Assembly: GCA_965218295.1 (NCBI GenBank)
Contig: CBDCKN010000012.1
Coordinates: 32,001 to 96,000, forward strand
Direction: 5' to 3'
Length of the DNA: 64,000 bases
Origin: Longimicrobiales bacterium
GTDB taxonomy: Bacteria; Gemmatimonadota; Gemmatimonadetes; Longimicrobiales; Gaopeijiaceae
Made by a program: the position numbers and the translations under genes. Under the pieces are notes generated by a model that saw nothing but the letters and a program-made list of their open reading frames with translations, was not told the origin of the DNA and made no database searches. Positions 1 to 8,547 of this stretch are shown here, in pieces (positions within the stretch are counted from its first letter, which is position 1; each line of letters begins with the position of its first letter).

Positions 1-1379
1 TCGCCCTTCAAGACTCCTCCCTCGTTTTCCAGCAGTCGCCGGGCCACCTCGCCTACGATGAGGGTCGCGGGCGAGCGGAGCTCCGACGTGCGGATTCTCT
101 CGGCTAGCGTAGCGAGGGTTCCGACGACCATCCGTTCGTCGCTGCGGGAGGCGCGGCTCACGGCCACCGCAGGGGTGTCGGGTGCGCGCCCCTCCGAAGC
201 GAGCCCCTCCAACACGTCTTCGGCCGATGCGAGTCCCATCAACACGATCACGGTTTCCTCTTCGGGAGGAAGCTCACCACGCGTGCGGCCACCGGCGTCG
301 TGCCCGGTTCGCACCGTGAACCCCTTCGCGAGGCCGCGCTGGGTCAGGGGTGTTCCCGCAGCGGCGGGCGCGGCGACCACGGCACTCAAGCCTGGCACAA
401 CCTCCCAGGAGATCCCGGCTGCAGTGAGGGCCTCCACTTCCTCGCCCCCCCGCCCGAAGACGAACGGGTCACCTCCGTGGAGGCGTACCACGCGTCTTCC
501 GGACCTCGCCTCTCGGATCATGAGCGGAACCCTCCGATCCGAGGGTGAGACAACGCGCTGCGACGCCCCCCGCGAGCGGTGCCCTACGTCGACGACCCTC
601 GTTCCTGGAAGCGCGAGCTCCAACACCTCATCCTCCACGAGGGCATCGTGGAGGATGACGTCGGCCCGCTGGATCCGGTCCAGAGCACGCAACGTCAGAA
701 GCTGCCGACTGCCCGGTCCCGCACCCACGATCGCCACGGTCCCCGGGTCGAACGGCTCCTCCTCCTCCCGATATATGGCCTCCAGGCGGCGCGCGGCCGT
801 CTCCGTGTCACCCCGGTCCACCAGCTTGGTGATGGTCGGATCGAAGAGCGCCCTGAGGAGGTGGCCGCGTTGCCTGAGGCCCTTGAGGCCTCGAGAGCGA
901 AGGCGGATGAGTAAGTCCGCCACCGACGTCAGGCTCCGGGGAATGGCCGCCTCCAGCAGTCGGCGAAGCTGCCCCGCCAGGAGCGGCGAGCCGCCGTCGG
1001 TGCTGATGGTCATCACCACAGGACCCCGGCGGACGATGGCCGGCGAGTAGAAGTCGCAGAAGGCCGGGTCATCCGCCGCGTTCACGAGGATGCCCCGAGC
1101 CCGGGCCGCCTCCGCCAGTCGGCGATTCACGGCGGGATCGTCCGTGGCGGCCACCACCACCTTGGCTCCCGAGACATCGTCGTCCCGGACCGGCCGCCGG
1201 TCGAAGCGCCACACCTCGGGCAGCCACGCCCGCATTTCCGGCGACACGCCCGGAGAGACGAGGTGGATCCTGGCGCCCGCGTGGATCAGCGGCACGATCT
1301 TCTCCGCCGCGACCCCGCCGCCCCCGGCCAGGAGGACGCGCTGGCCTTCCAACCCCACGAGCTGAATCGGATATCCCAT
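1..1379 (-). CDS. cysG: Siroheme synthase (precorrin-2 dehydrogenase/ferrochelatase + uroporphyrinogen-III C-methyltransferase); 3' end runs off the window
   Basis: Absent from the ORF track because it has no stop in the window. Manual translation from ATG 1379 gives MGYPIQLVGLEGQRVLLAGGGGVAAEK...VNAADDPAFCDFYSP...VGAGPG...RLHGGDPFVFGRGGEE...VVPGLSA, which are CysG(B) and CysG(A) motifs. Confidence 0.93.
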   Translation of the reverse strand, partial: MGYPIQLVGLEGQRVLLAGGGGVAAEKIVPLIHAGARIHLVSPGVSPEMRAWLPEVWRFDRRPVRDDDVSGAKVVVAATDDPAVNRRLAEAARARGILVNAADDPAFCDFYSPAIVRRGPVVMTISTDGGSPLLAGQLRRLLEAAIPRSLTSVADLLIRLRSRGLKGLRQRGHLLRALFDPTITKLVDRGDTETAARRLEAIYREEEEPFDPGTVAIVGAGPGSRQLLTLRALDRIQRADVILHDALVEDEVLELALPGTRVVDVGHRSRGASQRVVSPSDRRVPLMIREARSGRRVVRLHGGDPFVFGRGGEEVEALTAAGISWEVVPGLSAVVAAPAAAGTPLTQRGLAKGFTVRTGHDAGGRTRGELPPEEETVIVLMGLASAEDVLEGLASEGRAPDTPAVAVSRASRSDERMVVGTLATLAERIRTSELRSPATLIVGEVARRLLENEGGVLKG

Positions 1380-1414
1380 ATGACAGCTCCAAGAGCTCCG
1401 AAGCTTCAGGAACG

Positions 1415-1450
1415 AAAAAAAACCCCGACCTCCTCAGGGAAGCCGGGGTT
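1415..1450 (-). terminator. Intrinsic terminator (attenuator) between the leader peptide and cysG
   Basis: Minus strand CCCCGGCUUCC-CUGA-GGAGGUCGGGG stem-loop followed by 8 U, ending about 35 nt before the cysG ATG. Confidence 0.88.
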
Positions 1451-1470
1451 CGGGAGACTCGCCGCGTCCG

Positions 1471-1554
1471 TTAGGCGCAGCCGGCTCCGGACCCGCCCTC
1501 CCGGGGCAAAGTCATGCGACAACAGCAACAAGCGCAGTGATCAAAGCGACTCAT
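1471..1554 (-). CDS. Cys-rich leader peptide, 27 aa (MSRFDHCACCCCRMTLPREGGSGAGCA)
   Basis: ATG 1554 to TAA 1471. Five Cys codons in a six-codon run. GGAAGGGA upstream as a possible RBS. Followed by the terminator and cysG. Confidence 0.82.
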   Translation of the reverse strand: MSRFDHCACCCCRMTLPREGGSGAGCA

Positions 1555-1610
1555 GTTTGGGATGTTTCCCTTCCGGTCGTACGCCGATACGTACTGAACT
1601 CCACGCTATC

Positions 1611-1640
1611 AGAGTAAAAGGACACCCCCGGCCGAGTCAA
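1611..1640 (-). promoter_or_regulatory. Putative sigma70 promoter of the leader-cysG transcript
   Basis: TTGACT-18 nt-TACTCT on the minus strand, about 55 nt upstream of the leader ATG. Confidence 0.45.
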
Positions 1641-1737
1641 CGCCGCCCGCTCCGGATGGCGGCGGTCTCAATCGTGGAAAGGGTCGAAACGACCCGGGAA
1701 GAGGTGGTGGAGAAGAATGCTTACTGAGGTGACACGT

Positions 1738-1830
1738 ATGACGCGAGCCAGGAAGGCGGTCCGCATGGGACTGATCGTTACGTCCTGGGCATTCGTAGTA
1801 CTCGGCTTCATGCTGATGCACAACGCATGA
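1738..1830 (+). CDS. Putative 30-aa single-TM small protein (MTRARKAVRMGLIVTSWAFVVLGFMLMHNA)
   Basis: GAGGTG RBS upstream of ATG 1738. Basic N-terminus then a hydrophobic helix. Below the ORF-track size cutoff. Confidence 0.45.
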   Translation: MTRARKAVRMGLIVTSWAFVVLGFMLMHNA

Positions 1831-1954
1831 CCACTCGGGTGTCCGCCTGACGGACGCCCTTACACTCTGCCAATATGGCATGCTACGAGCAGATCGGTGG
1901 CCCGAGAGGTAGCCGCCGGGAACTATGTAGGGGCTCGACCCTCAGGGGTGGTTG

Positions 1955-2317
1955 TCATGGGCTGTCAGGCCTGCAGACGCCCCCTGCGAGTCGATCCGTC
2001 TTGGCCGCCGCGATGAAGTCGTTCTGGTGGAGACCGCGAATCTTGTGCGTCCACCAAGTGATCCTCACCCTCCCCCATTCGGTCAGCAAGGCCGGGTGAT
2101 GCCCCTCGGCCTCCGCAAGCTCTCCCACCTTGTTGGTGAACGCGAGGGCTTCGGCGAAGTCGGGAAACGTGAACGTTCTCTCCAGGCGCTGGATCTCTTC
2201 CCGCTCGACGATGCTCCAGTCGGGGATCTGGACGCGAAGCCTTTGTGTCTCCTCGGCTGTGACCCTGGGAGCATCGCGGCGACACGCTTCACACTTCATC
2301 TGAATGAGCTCACCCAC
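1955..2317 (-). CDS. phhB: Pterin-4-alpha-carbinolamine dehydratase
   Basis: [16 protein letters not shown]...[10 protein letters not shown]...[19 protein letters not shown] motifs. GTG 2317 preceded by GGAGG. Confidence 0.9.
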   Translation of the reverse strand: MGELIQMKCEACRRDAPRVTAEETQRLRVQIPDWSIVEREEIQRLERTFTFPDFAEALAFTNKVGELAEAEGHHPALLTEWGRVRITWWTHKIRGLHQNDFIAAAKTDRLAGGVCRPDSP

Positions 2318-2500
2318 TTGCTTGCACCTCCGTCGATCTGTTCCTCTGTCGATCTGTTTCCCTCTGTCGATCTGTCTTACACCGCTCGACTCCACCCGCT
2401 TCCGCCCGTAGAGTGTGGAAACAATCCCTATGCGTTGGATGGCGCAGAGTTGAAGGGTCTTGTGGGTCGCCATCCCCGCGGCGGCTGATGAGCAAGCGAC

Positions 2501-4258
2501 ATGACGGACCAGAAGCGCAGACTAGCGGCAATCCTGAGCGCCGACGTTGTCGGGTATTCCCGGCTGATGGGCGATGACGAGGAAGCGACGATCGAAGTCC
2601 TCGTGGACTGTCGGGATGTGTTCAGCAAGCGTGTAGAGAACCACGACGGCAGGGTGGTCGACACGGCCGGTGACAGTGTTCTCAGCGTCTTCGATAGCGT
2701 GGTCGAGGCCGTCCGCTGTGCGATGGAGATTCAGATCGCGCTGTCTGAGCGGAACGAGGAACTCAGCGAGGATCGCAGAATGCGATTCCGCATCGGCATC
2801 AACCTGGGCGACATCATCGAAAAGGAAGACGGGACGGTCTATGGCGACGGCGTGAACGTCGCTGCTCGAATGGAGGCGTTGGCCGAACCCGGGGGCGTGA
2901 CCCTGTCGGACGACGCATACCGCCAGGTTCGCGCCAAGCTCGAGGTGACGTTCGAGGACATGGGTGATCAGGAGGTCAAGAACATCGCGGAGCGGATCCG
3001 CGCCTTCCGCCTAGTGGACTTCGACCGCACGCGAGCTGGGCCGGTCTCTCAGGCTCGGTTGGAGCTGCCGGACAAGCCGTCGATCGCGGTGCTGCCGTTT
3101 CAGAATCTGAGTGGCGACCCCGAGCAGGAGTACTTCTCGGACGGACTCACCGAGGACATCATCACGGATCTCTCGAAGCTATCCGGCCTATTCGTGATCG
3201 GTCGCAACTCGTCCTTCGCGTACAAGGGGAAGGCGGCGGACCTGACGAGGGTCGGAAGGGAGCTCGGCGTTCACTACGCGCTGGAGGGAAGTGTGCAAAA
3301 GGCCGGCAACCGCGTGCGCATCAACGCCAAGCTCGCCGATACCAGGAGCTCCCGCTATACGTCTGGGCCGAACGGTACGACGGGACCTCCGACGACATCT
3401 TCGCCCTGCAGGACGACATCACGGGAAAGATCGTGTCGGCCCTCTCCGTCCAGCTGACCGCAGCAGAGGAGAAACAGAGGGGAAGCGAGTACACGAGCAG
3501 CGTCGAAGCTTCATGATCTTTTCCTCAGAGCTCGAGTTCTGTACCGTCAACCCAGTCCGGTGACCAACGCCGAGGCACTCGCGATGTTCGATGCGGCCCT
3601 AGCCCTGGATCCAGGCTTCGCGCTGGCCTTGGCGTATCGCAGCTACGTGAAGCTCCATGCGTGGTTATTCGGCTGGAATACCGATCCTGACGCCTTGGAC
3701 TTGGCGATTCGGGACGCCGAAGCTTCCATCGCCCAGGATCCGAACCTGGCCATCGGGCACTCCTTCCTGGGCTGGATGCACATGTGGAAGGACGGGCATC
3801 AGCGCAGCCTCTCCGAACATGAACTGGCGCTAGCTCTCGACCCGAATTCCTCGGATGCCCAACTCTTCTATTCCTCAAGCCTCATCTTCAGCGGGCAGCC
3901 GGAGCTGGCGGAAGCGCCTATGATACATGCGCACCGCCTGGATCCGCACCTCTCGGCTCCGGCCCTGCTCAACTACGTCCACCTGTACCTCCAGACGGGG
4001 CGGTACGCGGAAGCCGAGCGTCATAGGGATGAGCTACTGGAAAAGGCGCCCGACTATCCCGCCGCTCATGTGTACGACGCAATGCTCCGAAACGCTTGCG
4101 GCGACCAGGAGGGCGTCCGGAGGTCCGGGGAAGAGATTGTCAGGTTGATGCCCGGGGCCACTGTGACCGCTCTCAGCCGGCAGTACCCTTACGCCAAGCC
4201 CGAGCAACAGGCCCGATTGCTTGAGGGTCTGCGGGCGGCCGGGCTACCCGAGTCCTAA
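2501..4258 (+). pseudogene. Class III adenylate/guanylate cyclase + TolB-N-like + TPR protein, split by two frameshifts (about 3350 and 3511)
   Basis: [27 protein letters not shown] and PSIAVLPFQNLSGDPEQEYFSDG motifs. WAERYD...DIFALQD lies in a second frame and the TPR region in ORF 3560-4258. The indels may be assembly errors. Confidence 0.85.
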
Positions 4259-4286
4259 CCCCCTCTCATGAGCCGAAGGGCGTGAT

Positions 4287-7200
4287 TTACGCTCCGGAGA
4301 CCACATCCGTCGCCACCCGCACCAGCCCCGGATTCGCCCGGCGCTCCTCCTCGAACATGTTCCGGACGCAGACGGCGAAGTGCTGGCCTCCGGGAGCGGT
4401 CCCCGTGACCGCGAGTGGGATACGGATCTCGTCCCGCCCCTCGAAGTCCACGCTGAATCGCTTCACGAGCCCGCCGCCTCGCATCCAGGAGAGGCAAGCC
4501 GGCAGGTCGACGTGGACGAGGTCTCCGACCCGGTACCCGTCCTCGAGTCCGACCACCAGATCGACGCGCCACCCGGGCTGAAGGAGGCTCGGTCGCCGAT
4601 CCCCGTTCTCACGAAGGCCCACCCGGACCTCGAATCCAGCCCCGTACTCCTCCCAATCCTCCTCCCGAATGGCCAGCACCTGCACGGCGACGGTGCCTTC
4701 GATGGACTCGACCGACTCCGCACGATCTCCGAGGGCGATCGCTTCCCCTAGGTCCATCTCCTCACCGTTCACCCGCAGGCGCGCCTTGCTTGAGATCACG
4801 GACCGGATGCGCAGCTGGATCAGGAGGGCGATGGCCCCCACGGAGTCGACCGTCGAATAGAGGGCCCCGTTCTCCCCGAACTCTCCCACCACGACGTTGG
4901 CAGCCCTCAGCCCCCGGTCCACATCCCCGGCCGCGAGGAGACCCGCGGCGACGTATGCGAGCCCTGCGCGATTCGCCACCGCATGCCCACCACTCCGGAG
5001 GCGCACCTCGTTCCCAGAGAAATCCACGAAACGGTCGATAACGGTAAGCGCGTCTGAGCGATTTCCGCCGCCTACCAGAGCGGCGTAGGCGTCGTCCAGG
5101 GTGGCCGGCTTAGACGGGATCTTCTCGATACCGTGGAACGCGCCGGCGTCGTCCGCCATCTCGCTGCCTCTCTTCACCGCATCCCTGAGACCCGGCGAAA
5201 GGTCAGGGATCTCCGCGAGGCGATCGAGCTTCCATAGGTACCGGGCCGTGAGTTGGCTGTAGTGATCGCTCACCTGGCCGGACTCGGGGTACATGAGGAA
5301 CCCTGCTCCCGGCCGGAACATGCTCTCTTCCCGGGCGATGCCCTTACGGATGATGCCCTCGGCCTTGGACCTCCGCCCGTCGTCTCCGGAGGCGAGATAC
5401 ATCGCTACTGCCGACAGGATCTTGGCGGCTGTCTGCTCGCAGCAAAGGGGAGTATATGTGGCGGTGGTCTCGATCAGGAGGTCGAACGGCTCGTCCAGCC
5501 CGGGGAGGACCCGCAAGCTCACTGCGCCTGCGTCCTCCAGGGTGATGGACTCGCCCTCCGAAAGGAGAACGAGCTCCCGAGCGTGCGACCGGAGGCGGCC
5601 GGGCTCGGAAACCACGGCTTCCATCGAGTCGATCTCGCCCGACTCCGGATCCTCGACGCGTACCTCGTATGCCCCAGGAGCGACAGCGAACGTCAGGGCG
5701 GCCGGAGCCGAGATCTCTCCCTGCACCGTGGCGCCGTCTGCCGATCGAAGCTCGACTGCATCACCGTCACGAGTCAGGCTCACGAGCGCTCGCCCCGACG
5801 CCGTCGTCACACGGAGCCGACCGGTGACATCGTCGCCGGCGCGCACCATGGGTGGAATCTCCAGGTCTGCGCGCACGGGCAGGTCGATGACCAGATCACG
5901 GACTACGGCCCGCCAATCACCGGCATCGTAGGCGAAGGCCTCGATCAGGAAACTTCCCGTTCCGTCGCCCGTCCACACGGGGACCTCTGCGCGGCCCTCG
6001 ACCTCGACGAGGCCGACGAAGAGAACCGGCGGAAACTCGGCACGGGGCGGAGGCGCCTCCGCGTCCACCGGGATTCCCACGTCTTCCGTGTCCACGAACT
6101 CAAGGGCTTCGGCGGCCATTTCCTCGTGGAGCTCGGCCATCCCCCCCGCGGTTGGCTCTACGGCTGCCACGTAGACCACGGCGGGCTCGTCCGCACCCAG
6201 CTCGATCTCCAATCCGTCCTCCAGGTCCAAGAGGACGTCCATCATCTCGCCCTCGAAGATCCCGGATGGCATCGCCGAGGGAAAGAGCTGCTCCTGGAGA
6301 TCCAGCGGCTCGATCCCCCACTCCGCCATCCCCTCCGTGGCGGACTCGACCCCCCGCTTCAGAGAAGCCGCGAGGCCCGACGACGGCGTGTCGGTCCGCG
6401 TCAGGCGGCGATCCCGCACCGTAAGCAGCACCGGAACGGCTCGCTCCGCGTTCGTCTCGATCTCGAGCGTCACTTCCTCCCTGGGCCGGACCGTCTCGGG
6501 CGCCGACACCTCGACCTCCAGACGGCTCGGCCGCATGAAGGTCGTGAAGCCTTCGAAGGGCTTCCCGCCGACGATGCCTGCCGCCACGACCAGCATGAGG
6601 CCGGAAGGGTTGTCGAGAGGAATCGAATCACCGGCGGCGGCGTCGCCGTGCTCGATTACGTGAGCCTCGTCCCCGACGAGGTCGAACACGAGGAGATGGA
6701 GCTGAGAGGTATCCGCATGGACCTCGATCGCGGGCTCCTCGGTGAGAACCGACTCGACGGTGAGTGGAGTGGTGAGCCGATCTCCCTCCGTGAGGTGGCC
6801 ACCCCGCACGGGCATGGAAGAGGGCTCGGGAAGCAGAGAGAACATGAACTCCAACCCGAGCTCGTTGAGGACCGTGAGCTCACGCTCAGCCTGGCGGGTC
6901 CCCGGGATGGACACGGTGGCGATCCGACCGGGATCCGTCTCGACCCGGGCTTCGAGTCGGAAGGGCCCTTCGCCCTCCATCTTGAGGACACCCCGGTACC
7001 GACCTGGCGCTTCCGGACGCAGCACGGCCGAATCGACCGGACGATCGTCATCGAGCAGTGAGACCTCCAGACTCTCACCGCAGGGCTGCTGCCAGCTCTC
7101 CACCGAGAGTGCGAAGGAGAGCTGCCCGGCCTCACGGTCGGCCGCATGCTCGAGCAATCGAGCGCTCAGGGGGGCGAGTGAGAACTCGGCCACCGTGAAT

Positions 7201-7700
7201 TCCGCGCGAGCCCCAAGGCGGGCTCCGGCGACTTCCACGTAGGCGCAGTATTGCCCCGCAAGGAGCGCCGCGAGAGGGACGAGCTCCATCCCTTGATCGA
7301 GGGCGAGCTCCCGCTCCGCGAACGGCTGACCGTCGCACTCGACCACGAGCCTGGCGTCCGCAGGGGCGGAGGGCAGAACGACCAGGAGCTGGGCCGTGTC
7401 TTCCTCGGCCCGGTAGAGATCTCGATCCGCGACGACCGCGGCCAGCGGCTCCAGGTCCGCGCTCGAGGAGGTCAGCGTCATCCCCGGGAGGTGGACGGGT
7501 CCTGTGGAAATGGGGTACACGCGAAGGCGCTCCCCCGCCTCCGCGAGCTGAAGCCTCTTCTTTCGGGCGGAGGGCCAAATGCCGCTTCCCTTCATAGGCA
7601 TCTCCCTCACAAAGAGGAAGTGCCAGCCGGCCCAGACGTGGCCGTCGAATTTCTCGACGAGCTTCCGGTTCGTGATCTCGATTTCGATGGGGTACTTCAT
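4287..7700 (-). CDS. Alpha-2-macroglobulin-like thioester protein without signal peptide
   Basis: 1137-aa ORF with beta-rich MG-like segments, an acidic bait-like region before 'PRAEFPPVLF', a TYTPLCCEQT (CxEQ) motif at 5433-5444, then a helical TED-like region. Confidence 0.7.
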   Translation of the reverse strand: MKYPIEIEITNRKLVEKFDGHVWAGWHFLFVREMPMKGSGIWPSARKKRLQLAEAGERLRVYPISTGPVHLPGMTLTSSSADLEPLAAVVADRDLYRAEEDTAQLLVVLPSAPADARLVVECDGQPFAERELALDQGMELVPLAALLAGQYCAYVEVAGARLGARAEFTVAEFSLAPLSARLLEHAADREAGQLSFALSVESWQQPCGESLEVSLLDDDRPVDSAVLRPEAPGRYRGVLKMEGEGPFRLEARVETDPGRIATVSIPGTRQAERELTVLNELGLEFMFSLLPEPSSMPVRGGHLTEGDRLTTPLTVESVLTEEPAIEVHADTSQLHLLVFDLVGDEAHVIEHGDAAAGDSIPLDNPSGLMLVVAAGIVGGKPFEGFTTFMRPSRLEVEVSAPETVRPREEVTLEIETNAERAVPVLLTVRDRRLTRTDTPSSGLAASLKRGVESATEGMAEWGIEPLDLQEQLFPSAMPSGIFEGEMMDVLLDLEDGLEIELGADEPAVVYVAAVEPTAGGMAELHEEMAAEALEFVDTEDVGIPVDAEAPPPRAEFPPVLFVGLVEVEGRAEVPVWTGDGTGSFLIEAFAYDAGDWRAVVRDLVIDLPVRADLEIPPMVRAGDDVTGRLRVTTASGRALVSLTRDGDAVELRSADGATVQGEISAPAALTFAVAPGAYEVRVEDPESGEIDSMEAVVSEPGRLRSHARELVLLSEGESITLEDAGAVSLRVLPGLDEPFDLLIETTATYTPLCCEQTAAKILSAVAMYLASGDDGRRSKAEGIIRKGIAREESMFRPGAGFLMYPESGQVSDHYSQLTARYLWKLDRLAEIPDLSPGLRDAVKRGSEMADDAGAFHGIEKIPSKPATLDDAYAALVGGGNRSDALTVIDRFVDFSGNEVRLRSGGHAVANRAGLAYVAAGLLAAGDVDRGLRAANVVVGEFGENGALYSTVDSVGAIALLIQLRIRSVISSKARLRVNGEEMDLGEAIALGDRAESVESIEGTVAVQVLAIREEDWEEYGAGFEVRVGLRENGDRRPSLLQPGWRVDLVVGLEDGYRVGDLVHVDLPACLSWMRGGGLVKRFSVDFEGRDEIRIPLAVTGTAPGGQHFAVCVRNMFEEERRANPGLVRVATDVVSGA

Positions 7701-8371
7701 GGTATATCTCCCTGGTCTTGGCTCTCTATTTCCTGTTCGTTTTCCTGTTTGTCTTCCTGTTCGTTTTCCTGTTCGCTCCTGAGTGTCGCGGCCACCTCCT
7801 CGAGCGCTCGAGCGAGCGCTTCCCGTGCGGCCGGGTTCGCGACCGTCTCCGGTGGGACGTCCAGACTCGCCCCGCCGGGAAGCTCGACCCGCCGGACCGT
7901 CCGGCCCGCTAAGGGTCCCGGCGCCGGGGCGCCCATCGAGGCACGTGGCGGAGCTTCACTCGGCTCGGGCGGCAGGGTGATACCCTCCGCCCCGCCCTCA
8001 CTGGTCCGCGAGGGGTCCGAATCCTGACCGAGGAGGAGCCGGAGGACGGACCCATCGTCTGCACCCTCGAGCGTGCTGCTGATCCGCGTGAGCGTGTGAT
8101 GCTCCGTCTGGAGCTTCTTGATGAGAAGCAGCCTCATGAGGTGGGCGCCCCCGTAGCGGGCTCGCCCTCCCTCGTAGCCGCTCGCCCGGGGCAGAAGCCC
8201 TCGGGTGACGTAGTACCGGATCGTCCGGACGTCTGGACGGTCTGTGACCTTGTAGCGCGTTTGGCGGTCGGCGACTACGGGCAGCAGCCGATCAGCCTCG
8301 TCCACGAGGTCGTCGATCGTCATTCCCTGGCGGGACTGAAGCTCCTGAAGCACGTCGCGCAGCTCGTTCAT
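7697..8371 (-). CDS. MerR-like HTH transcriptional regulator
   Basis: MTIDDL...VRTIRYYVTRGLLP...ARYG..HL..L..IK.LQ pattern. ATGA overlap with the downstream gene. Confidence 0.82.
   Translation of the reverse strand: MNELRDVLQELQSRQGMTIDDLVDEADRLLPVVADRQTRYKVTDRPDVRTIRYYVTRGLLPRASGYEGGRARYGGAHLMRLLLIKKLQTEHHTLTRISSTLEGADDGSVLRLLLGQDSDPSRTSEGGAEGITLPPEPSEAPPRASMGAPAPGPLAGRTVRRVELPGGASLDVPPETVANPAAREALARALEEVAATLRSEQENEQEDKQENEQEIESQDQGDIP
7729..7774. repeat. 12-bp in-frame tandem repeat encoding QENE/QEDK at the regulator C-terminus
   Basis: ttcctgttcgtt / ttcctgtttgtc / ttcctgttcgtt / ttcctgttcg. Confidence 0.7.
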
Positions 8372-8377
8372 GCTTCG

Positions 8378-8406
8378 ATTATAGTATATAGTGTGAATAC
8401 TGTCAA
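8378..8406 (-). promoter_or_regulatory. Perfect-consensus sigma70 promoter, probably giving a leaderless mRNA
   Basis: TTGACA (8406-8401), 17 nt, TATAAT (8383-8378). ATG only 6 nt downstream with no RBS. Confidence 0.8.
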
Positions 8407-8547
8407 CCGTAAGGCGTGGCGAGGTGACCCTAACAGCGTCGTAGTCAGAGGAGCCCCGGATGTGACAGGGGGGACGAGACAGGGTCGGCGACGCCGTAAT
8501 GCTCGGCCTGGTGCGAAACCCGTGACCGGGCGAATCCGGGGGTCTCG

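Noticed and set aside
58..1050. 330-aa plus-strand ORF and similar long ORFs (5253-7061, 53521-54783, 56606-58030, 60453-61766)
   Set aside because: Antisense shadows of well-supported opposite-strand genes in high-GC DNA.
1576..1594. Third copy of the CGTACGTAT palindrome near the cys leader
   Set aside because: Only a short partial match with different spacing.
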